DNA of 64,000 bases, from assembly GCA_021781215.1 (NCBI GenBank), contig JAJXXC010000002.1, positions 16,274-80,273 of the forward strand. The letters run 5' to 3'. The stretch's first letter is position 1; every line of letters begins with the position of its first letter. Source of the DNA: a bacterium. Its GTDB lineage: Bacteria > Patescibacteriota > Saccharimonadia > Saccharimonadales > DATKHC01. A program made the translations under genes and the position numbers. Shown piece after piece: positions 52,733-63,012 of the stretch. Under the pieces are notes generated by a model. It did not search any database, was not told the origin of the DNA, and worked only from the letters and a program-made list of their open reading frames with translations.

Positions 52733-53200
52733 TTAAAATGGTATATCGTCAAGATTAATCGGCTCCTCACCAATATCTTCAACCACTACGTCTTCTTTTT
52801 TCTTTGGAGATAGTTTTGCGTCACTAGTTGCTTCAGCTGAGCCAGAATCATCTGATTCACCAGCAGCACCACGACCATCTAGAAATGTAACATCGCTAGC
52901 TAATACCTCTAGCTTACTGCGTTTTTGACCGTCCTGTTCCCATGAACGACTCTGTAATCTTCCCTGTACCATACACCTTCTGCCCTTAGATAGATATTGC
53001 GCAACTCTCTCGCCAAGATCAGCCCATGCAACTACATCAACAAAATCAGTAGCATCTTTCCACTCACCCGCTTGATCTTTATAGCTTCTATTTAAAGCTA
53101 GGCTAAAACTACAAACATTTTGTCCGGTTGGTGTTTGGCGTAAATCTGGATCTCTAGTTAGATTTCCCATTAGTATTACTTGGTTGATACTTCGTGCCAT
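52733..53200 (-). CDS. ssb: Single-stranded DNA-binding protein
   Basis: OB fold (MARSINQVILMGNLTRDPDLRQTPTGQNVCSFSLALNRSY) and the acidic tail ending DDIPF. Confidence 0.9.
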   Translation of the reverse strand: MARSINQVILMGNLTRDPDLRQTPTGQNVCSFSLALNRSYKDQAGEWKDATDFVDVVAWADLGERVAQYLSKGRRCMVQGRLQSRSWEQDGQKRSKLEVLASDVTFLDGRGAAGESDDSGSAEATSDAKLSPKKKEDVVVEDIGEEPINLDDIPF

Positions 53201-53227
53201 AATTATTCTCCTATCTTAGATTAGAGT

Positions 53228-53605
53228 TTATTCTTCTGTTTCTTGGCTATTGCCTTCAGAATCATCATCTCGACGATTCTTAGATTTCCTAGCAACTTCA
53301 GATGCAGCGTATTCACGACCCTTATAATCAGGTTTAACGATCAAATATCTAATGATCTCATTGGTAATATTGAGAGTTGATTCGACCTTACCGACGGTCT
53401 CGCCCGGTAATTCAACAGTATAGATGACGTAAATGGCATAATCTTGTTTTTTAATTGGATATGCTAATTTTCGCTTACCCCAAGTTTCACGATCTAAAAC
53501 CTTACCCTTATTGCCGACAAATATTTTAGTAATCTGTTCTTCTGCTTTGCCCAAGTCAACTTCCAAACTAGGATCATACAGTACCGTAATTTCGTATTTA
53601 TTCAT
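53228..53605 (-). CDS. rpsF: 30S ribosomal protein S6
   Basis: MNKYEITVLYDPSLEVD..., in the classic rpsF-ssb-rpsR order. Confidence 0.85.
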   Translation of the reverse strand: MNKYEITVLYDPSLEVDLGKAEEQITKIFVGNKGKVLDRETWGKRKLAYPIKKQDYAIYVIYTVELPGETVGKVESTLNITNEIIRYLIVKPDYKGREYAASEVARKSKNRRDDDSEGNSQETEE

Positions 53606-53728
53606 ATAGAATCTCCTTTGGTTAATGCCTATATCCTAATAAATTAGTTATAAGCTGAGTTATGTTGCTTAAAATTATACTATATAATCTAGTTTTTAAC
53701 AAATTAACTGTGCTAACTTATTAAAATA

Positions 53729-55945
53729 TCATTCTATTTCTTCAGACTGAATGCCGCTATCATCTTCTTCATTATGGGGAGAGAAAACCTCATCAAGTGA
53801 TGAAACTAAAACTTCTCTAGGCCGATTGCCATCAGCTGTGCCAACTATACCCTGCTCTTCCATCTGTTCAATAAGTCTAGCCGCTCTTCCATAGCCGATT
53901 CTAAGACGACGCTGAAGTAGACTTGTACTGGCCTTCTTCCCCTCGATAACTACCCTAACCGCGTCTCTCCACATATCATCATCTACGTTAACGTCATAAT
54001 CAGCCACAATACCACCTTTGCCGTTGAGATGTACTGGTTGGCTGACAACTTCGTCATTATATTGTGGGGGTCGCTGAGCTTTAATAAAATCGATTACTTT
54101 TATTGTTTCGTCGTCGGTAATGAATGAAGCCTGAACTCGTTTTGGTTTTGGCATACTGGCTGTTAATAGCAACATGTCACCATTACCGAGCAGCTTTTCG
54201 GCGCCGCCCTGATCGATAATAGTCCTTGAGTCGACCTGAGATGCGGTCGTAAAAGCGATTCTAGCCGGAACGTTAGCTTTAATTAAACCAGTAATAACGT
54301 CGACGCTTGGTCGCTGAGTAGCTAATACTAGATGAATTCCGGATGCCCTAGCCTTTTGAGCTAATCTAACAACTAAAGATTCTACATCTCTGGCGGCCAT
54401 CATCATTAAATCAGCCAACTCATCAATGACGATTACGATGAATGGCATCGGCTCATCTTTCTTCAAATTATTGTATTCATAAATATTTCGCCTACCGACT
54501 GTTGCCATGGTTTTAAGCCTTCGATCCATCTCGGCAACTGCCCATTTTAGAGCACTGATTGTTTTTTCTGGATCATGAATAACCGGAGTTAATAGATGAG
54601 GTATATCATTATATGGCGTAAGCTCAACCTGTTTTGGGTCAACCAATATAAGCTTTAGGTCTGACGGCGTATTATGATAGATCAAACTGGTTAGTATCGT
54701 GTTAATCATTACCGACTTACCAGAACCAGTCTGTCCGGCAATCATTAAGTGTGGCATGCTTGCCAAATCGCCCAATATTGGCGCACCAGAAATGTCTTTG
54801 CCTATTATAAATCCTAGGCTACTATCGACCGCCTGCCACTCTGGGGTTTTTATAATGCTGGAGATTCTAACTATAGCTGGTTTTACATTCGGTACTTCAA
54901 TTCCAACCAATCTCTTGCCAGGTATTGGCGCTTCGATTCTAATTGAATGAGCGGCCAGATCTAGGGCTAAGTTATTTTCAAGTGCAGTTATCTTAGTTAG
55001 CTTTACCCCGTTTGGTGGTTTCAAAGTATATTGAGTTACAGTTGGGCCAACGTTTGCTCCATCCATATCAACCGGTATATTAAAATTTAGAAATGTATCT
55101 TTTATAGATTGAGCATTAGCAGCAATGTCACCTGCGTAAGCTTTTTCTTGTTTTTGAATCAAAAGATCTACTCCTGGAAATTTCCAATCTGGATCGTTAG
55201 TAGTAGTAAGAGCTGTTAAATCGGGCTCTGCAACCATTTTTTGTGCACTATTTCGAAAACTAGACAATCTAGGCTTTGGCGCACTGCTATTGTGCTCAAC
55301 AGGAACGCCTTCATTCAATTTAAATTCCATATTATCAGCTTTAGACTTTAATTCAGATAGATTAGTGTCAGAGTTTTTTGTATCCGTACTGAAGAAACCA
55401 AGTACTTTTAATATAGTTTTGGGGGATAGCTTAAAGCTATATAGCACCATCAATATTGTTAGTACTAAGAATAGAATACTGGTCGGGATTTTATCTAAAA
55501 TATCGAATACTGCTCTGCCCAATACTAAACCAACGTTACCACCATGAGCTTTTGAATACTGCCCAGTTAACAAATTTTTAGTGGTGAATGTCGCAAATAA
55601 CCAACCCGAACTTAAAATAACTACGCTTACTAGCCCTATGGTTCGGCCTACACTAACTATCTTATGTTCATCTGATAGCTTAAAAACACCGTAACCAATT
55701 AAACACATGATCGCAATCCAGGCGCCCCAACCAAAAGCCCAATAGATTGCATGGAATAAAGCTCGGGGTAAGGGACCACCAGCTCCAAAACCACCGATAA
55801 ACGCTAGGGCAGATAAAATAATTACCGCAATCGCTATAGACATTGGTAAGAACAGAGATTTTTGTTCTAAATCTACGCTTTTTGTTTTTTTAGAATTTTT
55901 GTTTTTTTTCTTGGCCATTATCTTAAAATTATACCCTACAATCAA
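53729..55945 (-). CDS. ftsK: DNA translocase FtsK/SpoIIIE
   Basis: 738 aa. N-terminal 4-TM domain. Motor with MIAGQTGSGKSVMINTIL and VIVIDELADLMM. C-terminal gamma winged helix (LLQRRLRIGYGRAARLIEQMEEQGIV). Confidence 0.9.
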   Translation of the reverse strand: MIVGYNFKIMAKKKNKNSKKTKSVDLEQKSLFLPMSIAIAVIILSALAFIGGFGAGGPLPRALFHAIYWAFGWGAWIAIMCLIGYGVFKLSDEHKIVSVGRTIGLVSVVILSSGWLFATFTTKNLLTGQYSKAHGGNVGLVLGRAVFDILDKIPTSILFLVLTILMVLYSFKLSPKTILKVLGFFSTDTKNSDTNLSELKSKADNMEFKLNEGVPVEHNSSAPKPRLSSFRNSAQKMVAEPDLTALTTTNDPDWKFPGVDLLIQKQEKAYAGDIAANAQSIKDTFLNFNIPVDMDGANVGPTVTQYTLKPPNGVKLTKITALENNLALDLAAHSIRIEAPIPGKRLVGIEVPNVKPAIVRISSIIKTPEWQAVDSSLGFIIGKDISGAPILGDLASMPHLMIAGQTGSGKSVMINTILTSLIYHNTPSDLKLILVDPKQVELTPYNDIPHLLTPVIHDPEKTISALKWAVAEMDRRLKTMATVGRRNIYEYNNLKKDEPMPFIVIVIDELADLMMMAARDVESLVVRLAQKARASGIHLVLATQRPSVDVITGLIKANVPARIAFTTASQVDSRTIIDQGGAEKLLGNGDMLLLTASMPKPKRVQASFITDDETIKVIDFIKAQRPPQYNDEVVSQPVHLNGKGGIVADYDVNVDDDMWRDAVRVVIEGKKASTSLLQRRLRIGYGRAARLIEQMEEQGIVGTADGNRPREVLVSSLDEVFSPHNEEDDSGIQSEEIE

Positions 55946-55998
55946 GATTTTTTGGTTTTTATTAACAAACCATATTATACCAATAATTCAAGTAGTTA

Positions 55999-56676
55999 TC
56001 AAACGATTCGACTCCTAAGATCAAATAGAATATCTCTCTTAAGTGTATCCCTCACTCTATTTTTCTGCTTATCATCCAAGAGTTCGCCCAGACCCTCTAA
56101 AATCGAACTATTTGAAACATTACTATCTATATAATCTATTAAATATTTAAAATATTCTTGAACATTTTTACCAGTCCTAATTTTTATAATCTCATCGTTT
56201 ATCTCGAAGTGTTGTTTAAACATAAAATGAGCATCAAAAAGATCACGGTTTTGAATTTTCTTTCGATCGGTGATAGCGCAAAGCTTATGTGCAAACATAT
56301 AGCTAGGCTCCATTATTGGAACGCTTAAGCCGTAAAAATCTTTTATAATATATTTATCAGGGTAGTCTCTTTTACTAACTTCAACCTTAATTTTTGCAAA
56401 GGCTTTTTTATAACTACCCAGCCAAAACCAAGTGTTAAATTTGTTTGTCATCTCGGTGATATCCATGTTTTTTTCTATGGCCTTTGTTAACTGATTATTA
56501 TTAAATTCATCAGACCTTAAGTTGAAATCAAGGTCTACAGAAAATCTATCTAATCCAAAAAACATATAAAGGCATGTCCCTCCCTTCAATGCCAGGGATC
56601 CCTGTAAATATTTATTAGTATAAATATCCTTTAAAATATTCCTTAATATTTGTTCATGGATTTGTTTATCAAGCAT
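55999..56676 (-). CDS. abiEii: AbiEii/AbiGii-family nucleotidyltransferase toxin (DUF1814), type IV TA / abortive infection
   Basis: YLQGSLALKGGTCLYMFFGLDRFSVDLDFNL matches the GG(T)...RFSxDLDF NTase core of AbiEii. Confidence 0.7.
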   Translation of the reverse strand: MLDKQIHEQILRNILKDIYTNKYLQGSLALKGGTCLYMFFGLDRFSVDLDFNLRSDEFNNNQLTKAIEKNMDITEMTNKFNTWFWLGSYKKAFAKIKVEVSKRDYPDKYIIKDFYGLSVPIMEPSYMFAHKLCAITDRKKIQNRDLFDAHFMFKQHFEINDEIIKIRTGKNVQEYFKYLIDYIDSNVSNSSILEGLGELLDDKQKNRVRDTLKRDILFDLRSRIV

Positions 56677-56680
56677 ACGA

Positions 56681-57262
56681 CTACCTGCCCTCCTTTATTT
56701 GCGTTACGATATTTTTAACGTCTTTTTCCAATCGTTTATTGTGATAAATCTTTGAAATTTTTTTGAACAACATTATATCTATATTACTTATATTATCTAG
56801 CTCAATTCCTGGAAAAACATAGAGTAAATCACAAACCGTACGCTCCCTATTAGCGAATGTGCAGTTATCTTGTGTAATCAACCCAAGATTATTAAAAAAT
56901 ATTTCGTTCTTAACTTTCCTATAAATATATTTATGACTATCTATTTCAAAATTTACTGATCTTAGCGACATACAGTATATCGAGGAATAATGCTGAAAAG
57001 TAAGTCCATGCATCTGACTAGTGGTGTATAACGATACATAAGATAATGGAACTAGTTTTTGAGCGATTTCAAGAGGACTAGGTTCACCATATACATAGAC
57101 CCCCCTATAAATTGAAGAAAACTTTTGTTGACGAAGATAATATTTAATTCTCTCTATGAGTTTTCGGTGGTCCGAAATATTCCATATAACCGCAAGATCT
57201 TCAACCGTAAAGACCTTTTTACCGCTAATTATAAGTTTCTCTATACTACTTTGGTTATTCAT
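56681..57262 (-). CDS. abiEi: AbiEi-like antitoxin/transcriptional regulator
   Basis: 193 aa. N-terminal wHTH-like region (KVFTVEDLAVIWNISDHRKLIERIKYYLRQQKFSSIYRGVYVY) typical of AbiEi_4. Immediately upstream of AbiEii with a 4-nt gap. Confidence 0.55.
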   Translation of the reverse strand: MNNQSSIEKLIISGKKVFTVEDLAVIWNISDHRKLIERIKYYLRQQKFSSIYRGVYVYGEPSPLEIAQKLVPLSYVSLYTTSQMHGLTFQHYSSIYCMSLRSVNFEIDSHKYIYRKVKNEIFFNNLGLITQDNCTFANRERTVCDLLYVFPGIELDNISNIDIMLFKKISKIYHNKRLEKDVKNIVTQIKEGR

Positions 57263-57338
57263 AGGGTAGTTTTCCTACCCTGCAGAATACCATATCAATA
57301 ATAATTTGTCAATATTCTTATTCCTGTAGTGCTACTAG

Positions 57339-59336
57339 CTAGTCAGTTCTAGCGTCTTGTGAAAGTAGACGCAATCTCATTTCCTGAAATCGTTTTTGTT
57401 GATCTATGGCAATCTCCTGATTACTCTGAGCAGGTTTATCGGGATTGCCGGGTTTATTTTCAGATCTCCCACCGACTACATTAACTACAGGGATAACAAT
57501 TGGGCTTCTTTGAGTATGCTCAAATAAGAAATGAGTTACATGCTCTCGTATCTCTTGCTTAAATCTATCGATATCAACTCGTTTAAATCTTTGAGACACG
57601 GCTCTTCTTAACTCATTTCTAAGCTCTTTCATCATCTCTTCGTTGTCACGCATATAGATAAATCCTCGGCTAATGATATCGGGGCTAGTTAAAGTTTCGC
57701 CTCGTTTTTTGTCGATTGTTAAGACTACGGCCACCAAACCTTCTTCGGCCAACATTAATCTATCTTTAATTACTATCGAACTAACAGTAGATCCAGTTTG
57801 GTCAACCAAAACCGTACCGGTCGGAACCTCACCGATTGTTTGCATTTTGTCATGAGTTAGAGCAATAATTTGTCCATTGTTAATATTGGTAGTATCCTGA
57901 CGCGGGAACCCTCTCTCAATAGCAGCTTCGTTATGATATTTCTGAGCGGTAAAACTACCATAAATTGGGATCAAGAATTTTGGCTTAATCATATCAATCA
58001 TGTCCATGTATTCGTCCTGAGAACAGTGTCCACTAACATGTAGGGGGCCACAACCATCTGCTTCATGGGTAGAATGACGTTTTACAAATACTCCATTTCG
58101 GTTCAACTCATCAACCATCTTAGTGATTAATCTATCATTTCCACTGTCGGGAATTGGTGTCGAGCTTAAAATCACCGTATCCTGAGCTTTAAGTTTGATG
58201 TACTTATGATCCCCTACACTCATTCTTTGAAGTGCTGAGTTTGGTTCACCCTGAGAACCAGTACAAACTACCACAACTTCCCGGTCATTCATTTTTGGAA
58301 CAGATGCAATGGGCACGAAAGTTCCTTTTGGAATCTTAATCATTCCAAGTTTAACTGCTACTTCTAGAGTGCCCATCATACTCCTACCGTCCATGGCAAT
58401 TTTTCTACCGTGAGCAACTGCTGCATTCACTAGCATTTGAATTCGATTAATATTACTAGAAAAAACTGCTACGAATACCCGACCTGGTGCATTAGCGAAT
58501 AGATCAACAAAAGTTGGCTCAATAGTACTCTCACTCGGAGTTCTACCAAGCCTATCGGCACATAAACATTCATTTAAAAGTGCTAATACACCTTCATTAC
58601 CAATTTGTTTGAGTCTTTCGGTATCTGATTTTTCATGATCCAGCGGATTGGGGTCTAGACGATAGTCGCCGGTACATACAATCTTTCCAACTGGGGTATC
58701 GACAATCACACAAGTACTACCTGGTATTGAATGAGTAATTCTAACTAATTCAATAAAAAATGGGCCAACTTTTAATTTTTCATGAGTTTCTTCATTCATA
58801 ACAACTGTCTTTAGCTCAAAACCATCGGGCATAGATTGGCCAAAATTCTCAAAATGTTTATCTATCATTCCAATTGTAAACTTTGAGCCATATATAAGAG
58901 CCGGTACTTTGGGCACTATATGTGGTAGTCCCCCGATATGATCTAGGTGACCATGAGTAATGACATAGCCTCTCAGCTTATTTTTAATTGACTCTAAATA
59001 GGAAATGTCACAAATTGCGTAGTTGATTCCCGGGAGGTCGACTCCAAGTTCGTTACCGCAATCTATAACAATCGCGTCGTTTAAGTATTCGAGAATAATC
59101 ATATTCTTTGAACCACCAGCATCCATGCCACCCAAAGCAATTATTTTTAGTCTTGGAGAGTCATCTATCTGATTGGCTCTAATTTTAGTATTAGTTGGCG
59201 CGATGTCATACTGATCTATTACCCTTTGGGCATCACCTTGACTCCGTTGTTGGGCCCTAATGGCCGCTCCACGGCTAGCATTTCTCGGCTGTGCCTTTCG
59301 GTCGCTTGGTTTATTATTATTTTGTTTATCATTCAT
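57339..59336 (-). CDS. rnj: Ribonuclease J (MBL/beta-CASP) with a low-complexity N-terminal extension
   Basis: IIALGGMDAGGSKNMIILEY, VITHGHLDHIGGLPH, a beta-CASP region and a C-terminal domain. The first ~60 aa are Q/R/N-rich. Confidence 0.9.
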   Translation of the reverse strand: MNDKQNNNKPSDRKAQPRNASRGAAIRAQQRSQGDAQRVIDQYDIAPTNTKIRANQIDDSPRLKIIALGGMDAGGSKNMIILEYLNDAIVIDCGNELGVDLPGINYAICDISYLESIKNKLRGYVITHGHLDHIGGLPHIVPKVPALIYGSKFTIGMIDKHFENFGQSMPDGFELKTVVMNEETHEKLKVGPFFIELVRITHSIPGSTCVIVDTPVGKIVCTGDYRLDPNPLDHEKSDTERLKQIGNEGVLALLNECLCADRLGRTPSESTIEPTFVDLFANAPGRVFVAVFSSNINRIQMLVNAAVAHGRKIAMDGRSMMGTLEVAVKLGMIKIPKGTFVPIASVPKMNDREVVVVCTGSQGEPNSALQRMSVGDHKYIKLKAQDTVILSSTPIPDSGNDRLITKMVDELNRNGVFVKRHSTHEADGCGPLHVSGHCSQDEYMDMIDMIKPKFLIPIYGSFTAQKYHNEAAIERGFPRQDTTNINNGQIIALTHDKMQTIGEVPTGTVLVDQTGSTVSSIVIKDRLMLAEEGLVAVVLTIDKKRGETLTSPDIISRGFIYMRDNEEMMKELRNELRRAVSQRFKRVDIDRFKQEIREHVTHFLFEHTQRSPIVIPVVNVVGGRSENKPGNPDKPAQSNQEIAIDQQKRFQEMRLRLLSQDARTD

Positions 59337-59369
59337 GGATAAAACCTTTCTTTTAAATTAATATAATTT

Positions 59370-59939
59370 TTAAATTGTGTTCAAAATTGAAGGAATTTGC
59401 TGAAAATCATTAATCAGTGTCTTCTTCAAAAGACCGTTATACAAGGCAGCCGCAGGGTGAAAAAGTGGTAGAAAAAGTCTATCACCTAATTTTTGTAGTT
59501 TTCCGTGAACAACAGAGATGGTCAGTTCAGGGAAAAAACAATTCATACTGTGGCGGCCGAGGGTAACAATTAATTTTGGATTTATGATCTCAATTTGTCT
59601 GTTAAGAAAGGGCATAAAAATTGCCTTCTCATCAGTCAACGGATCACGATTATTTGGTGGTCTATATTTAACAATATTGGTTATATAGACCTGATCCCTC
59701 GATAAATTAATGGTTTCGAGCATTTGATTTAAGAATTTACCCGATGCGCCAACAAACGGCAATCCCAGAATATCTTCGTTCTTTCCAGGAGCTTCACCTA
59801 TAAAACAGATCTTAGCGTCTATGTCACCAACACCAAAAACTAAATTTGTGGCACTATCGGCCAGTTCTGGACAAACCCTATCATCAATTATCTGATTTTT
59901 AAGTTTATCAAGCTCAAGTTGCTTGTTCATTTTACCCAT
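59370..59939 (-). CDS. udg: Uracil-DNA glycosylase, family 4
   Basis: FIGEAPGKNEDILGLPFVGASGKFL, the family 4 UDG signature. Confidence 0.8.
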   Translation of the reverse strand: MGKMNKQLELDKLKNQIIDDRVCPELADSATNLVFGVGDIDAKICFIGEAPGKNEDILGLPFVGASGKFLNQMLETINLSRDQVYITNIVKYRPPNNRDPLTDEKAIFMPFLNRQIEIINPKLIVTLGRHSMNCFFPELTISVVHGKLQKLGDRLFLPLFHPAAALYNGLLKKTLINDFQQIPSILNTI

Positions 59940-59943
59940 ATAC

Positions 59944-60135
59944 TTATCTTCTAAGAATAGCTCTCTTTATAAGATTAATAACGAGCCCAAGGCAGACAAA
60001 ACCCCAAAAATATTGCCATAAACTGCCACTGTTTAAGGCTAGTGAAAATATAATATAGTCTAGGGCTAGAAATACCAATGCTAAGAAAACGGATAATCTT
60101 CTATCTTGATTAATTTTTTTGATAAATTTATTCAT
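59944..60135 (-). CDS. Small hypothetical membrane protein
   Basis: 63 aa, two hydrophobic helices, tightly packed between udg and pnp. Confidence 0.35.
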   Translation of the reverse strand: MNKFIKKINQDRRLSVFLALVFLALDYIIFSLALNSGSLWQYFWGFVCLGLVINLIKRAILRR

Positions 60136-60150
60136 TATCTATGACTCTAA

Positions 60151-62274
60151 TTAATCTTTGTTGATGGCTTTGATGCTTAGATTTAATCGACCCTTGTCAT
60201 CTATAGCCATTAACTTAACTGTAACTCTTTCGCCTTCTTTAATCACGTCGCTGACTCTTTCAACTCTTTCGTTTCTAAGCTCAGAAATATGAACCAATCC
60301 TTCTTTACCTGGCATAATTTCGACGAAAGCACCGAAATCCAGTACGCTTACCACTCGACAATTATCATAAATACGACCGACTTCTGGTTCAGCCGTGATG
60401 CTTTCAATCCAGGCAACAGTAGCATCAATGCTCTTCTGATCCGGACTAGCAATGAACACAGTACCGTCATCTTTGATATCTATATCAGCACCAGTTTCAG
60501 CAATAATCTTGTTAATTGTTTCGCCACCCTTACCAATAACTTCTCTAATCTTATCTGGGTTTATTGATATGGTTCTAACCTGAGGGGCGTACTTACTTAG
60601 TTGTTTTCTTGGCTCCGATATAGTTTCGAGCATATGATTTAAAATTTCTTTTCTACCAGACTTTGCTTGTTCAAGAGCGGCTGTCATAATCTCGGGAGTA
60701 ATCCCGTGAACCTTAATATCCATCTGCAAGGCTGTAATTCCATTATCAGTTCCAGCGACCTTGAAATCCATATCGCCTGCAAAATCTTCGGTTCCTTGAA
60801 TATCGCTCAATATTACATATTTACCACTATCTGAGTCCGTAATTAGACCCATAGCTATTCCACTTACAGGTGCTTTTAGTGGTACACCTGCGTCCATTAA
60901 GCTAAGAGTACTAGAGCATACACTTGCCATAGATGTAGAACCGTTACTACTTAGAATTTCACTTACAGTTCTTATGGCATATGGGAAAACATTTTCATCA
61001 GGTATAACTGCCATTATCGCTCGTTCAGCCAAAGCTCCATGTCCAATTTCTCGTCTTCCCGGGCTACCCATTCGTCTTATCTCGCCTACAGTATAGCCAG
61101 GCATATTATAGTGATGGATAAACCTTTTTTCCCTACTCTCTTCCATGCTGTCTATAGTCTGAGAATAGCTTAGCGGAGCAAGTGTGGTAATGTTAAGCGC
61201 CTGTGTACTGCCTCTAGTAAATAAGCTAGAACCGTGAGTTCTTGGCAAAATACCAACTTCTGAGCTAAGGGTTCTAATTTGTAAATTAGTTCGGTTATCT
61301 GGTCTAACACCATCTTTTAGTATGGAGTTTCTGACATCTTGTTTTAGTGCATGTTCAAAGGCATCTAAATAAGCGGCCTTATCAAAATTCTCAGCTAATT
61401 TTTCTTCAAAATGCCCAACAAAAGTCTCCTTTAATTGTTGTATAGCTTTATCTCGCTGCGATTGATTGCCGCGCAATAACTCACCTAGTTTTTTGTCCAA
61501 GTATTCATCAACATGAGTCTGAATTGCTGGATCAGGTAACAATAAATCAAATGGTCGTTTTTCAACTCCAACTTTTTGAACTAACTCATTTTGTAATTCA
61601 ATGGCGCTCTGGAATGACTTATGTGCTAATTTGATAGCATCAATCATCATTGCTTCACTTACTTCTTCAGCACCAGCCTCAACCATCATAATTGCATCTT
61701 TAGTACCGGCTACAATTAAATCTAATTTGCTAGTGGCTAATTCGGTAGTAGTCGGAAAAGCCTTAAGCTTATCGTCAATTAAACCGACCCTAACACCCGC
61801 TACAGGACCCTCGAAAGGTGTTCCAGCTAGCATTAATGCCGTACTAATAGCAATCATGGCTATGATATCGGGCTTTAAATCTGGGTCTAGGCTAAGAACT
61901 GTAGCTATTGCCTGAACTTCGTTACGATATCCCTTTGGAAATAGCGGTCTAATGGGCCTATCTATTAATCGTCCAGATAGTATCGCGGTGTCTGTTGGGC
62001 GACCTTCTCTTTTCATAAATCGGCTGCCGCTTATCTTGCCAGCTGCATAAAGTTTCTCTTCATATTCAACAGACAAAGGAAAATAATCCATGCCTTTTAT
62101 TGGCTCATCAGCAACACTGACTACTGCCATAATGACCGTATCGCCATAACTTGCAGTTACTGTAGCGCCGGCTTGAAAAGCTAATCTACCAGTTTCTAGT
62201 GTCAACTTTTGACCACAAAAATCACCACTAACTGAGGTTATTTTCTTATTGAATGGGTGGATTGTTTGCCCCAT
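60151..62274 (-). CDS. pnp: Polynucleotide phosphorylase
   Basis: 707 aa. Two RNase PH domains plus KH (GKGGETINKI) and S1 C-terminal domains. Confidence 0.95.
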   Translation of the reverse strand: MGQTIHPFNKKITSVSGDFCGQKLTLETGRLAFQAGATVTASYGDTVIMAVVSVADEPIKGMDYFPLSVEYEEKLYAAGKISGSRFMKREGRPTDTAILSGRLIDRPIRPLFPKGYRNEVQAIATVLSLDPDLKPDIIAMIAISTALMLAGTPFEGPVAGVRVGLIDDKLKAFPTTTELATSKLDLIVAGTKDAIMMVEAGAEEVSEAMMIDAIKLAHKSFQSAIELQNELVQKVGVEKRPFDLLLPDPAIQTHVDEYLDKKLGELLRGNQSQRDKAIQQLKETFVGHFEEKLAENFDKAAYLDAFEHALKQDVRNSILKDGVRPDNRTNLQIRTLSSEVGILPRTHGSSLFTRGSTQALNITTLAPLSYSQTIDSMEESREKRFIHHYNMPGYTVGEIRRMGSPGRREIGHGALAERAIMAVIPDENVFPYAIRTVSEILSSNGSTSMASVCSSTLSLMDAGVPLKAPVSGIAMGLITDSDSGKYVILSDIQGTEDFAGDMDFKVAGTDNGITALQMDIKVHGITPEIMTAALEQAKSGRKEILNHMLETISEPRKQLSKYAPQVRTISINPDKIREVIGKGGETINKIIAETGADIDIKDDGTVFIASPDQKSIDATVAWIESITAEPEVGRIYDNCRVVSVLDFGAFVEIMPGKEGLVHISELRNERVERVSDVIKEGERVTVKLMAIDDKGRLNLSIKAINKD

Positions 62275-62347
62275 ATATTATGTTACCTTTCTTTAATCTA
62301 TTCGTCTGTGTTTTAATCTTTTAAAAACAGGCGTTGATTCTTTTAGT

Positions 62348-62408
62348 TAATGTGCAGACTTGTCATACCAAGAAAATACATCTATGGAATGGTTATAGTC
62401 TACACATT
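62348..62408 (-). promoter_or_regulatory. Long-range hairpin in the rpsO-pnp intergenic region (candidate rpsO terminator / pnp leader RNase III site)
   Basis: AATGTGCAGACT ... AGTCTACACATT (12 bp with 1 mismatch) enclosing a ~35-nt loop between the rpsO stop and the pnp start. It corresponds to the well-known rpsO-pnp processing hairpin. Confidence 0.4.
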
Positions 62409-62421
62409 AGTTGTTAATAAT

Positions 62422-62686
62422 CTAGTGTCTTAAACCAAGTTTCTCAACTATAGTTGAGTACTGATCAGAATCTTTTCTAGCGATATATTTAAGTAGTCTC
62501 TTTCTTCTTCCAACTAACTGCAGTAAGCCACGTCGAGACATAAAATCATGCTTATTCAGTTTTGCGTGAGCAGTCAAAGAAACGATACGGTCAGTTAATT
62601 CAGCAATCTGAACGGCGCTTGATCCGGTATCGGTCTTGTGTAACTTAAGGGTTACCTTTTCTGATTTCTTCACACTTGTAGGCATA
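62422..62686 (-). CDS. rpsO: 30S ribosomal protein S15
   Basis: ...[36 protein letters not shown]... The ORF-track start (62739) is probably too far upstream; Met at ~62686 ([10 protein letters not shown]) gives the expected ~88 aa. Confidence 0.85.
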
Positions 62687-63012
62687 ATTGTCAGTAAATT
62701 GTAACACATATTAAACCTTTGTTCAACATCAAAATTCACTGATTGAGGATGGTGTCAATTTAAAAGGCTTTTTTGTAGGTCGTTATCAAAAGTCATTACA
62801 CCGTTTTTTCCGTCCAACATAAACAAAAGACAATCAGCATAATCCAACTTGGGGTATTTCTTATATAGCTTTAGTGTGGCTAAGGTTTCATCTTCCTTAC
62901 ATATTCAATTGGTAGAGTGATTTGATTTCAACTACTTATACAGATATTTTTTATGACCATAGTAAGTAACATACTATTTCCTTATAGCATGTCGAGATAA
63001 GTTTTTGGGGTA

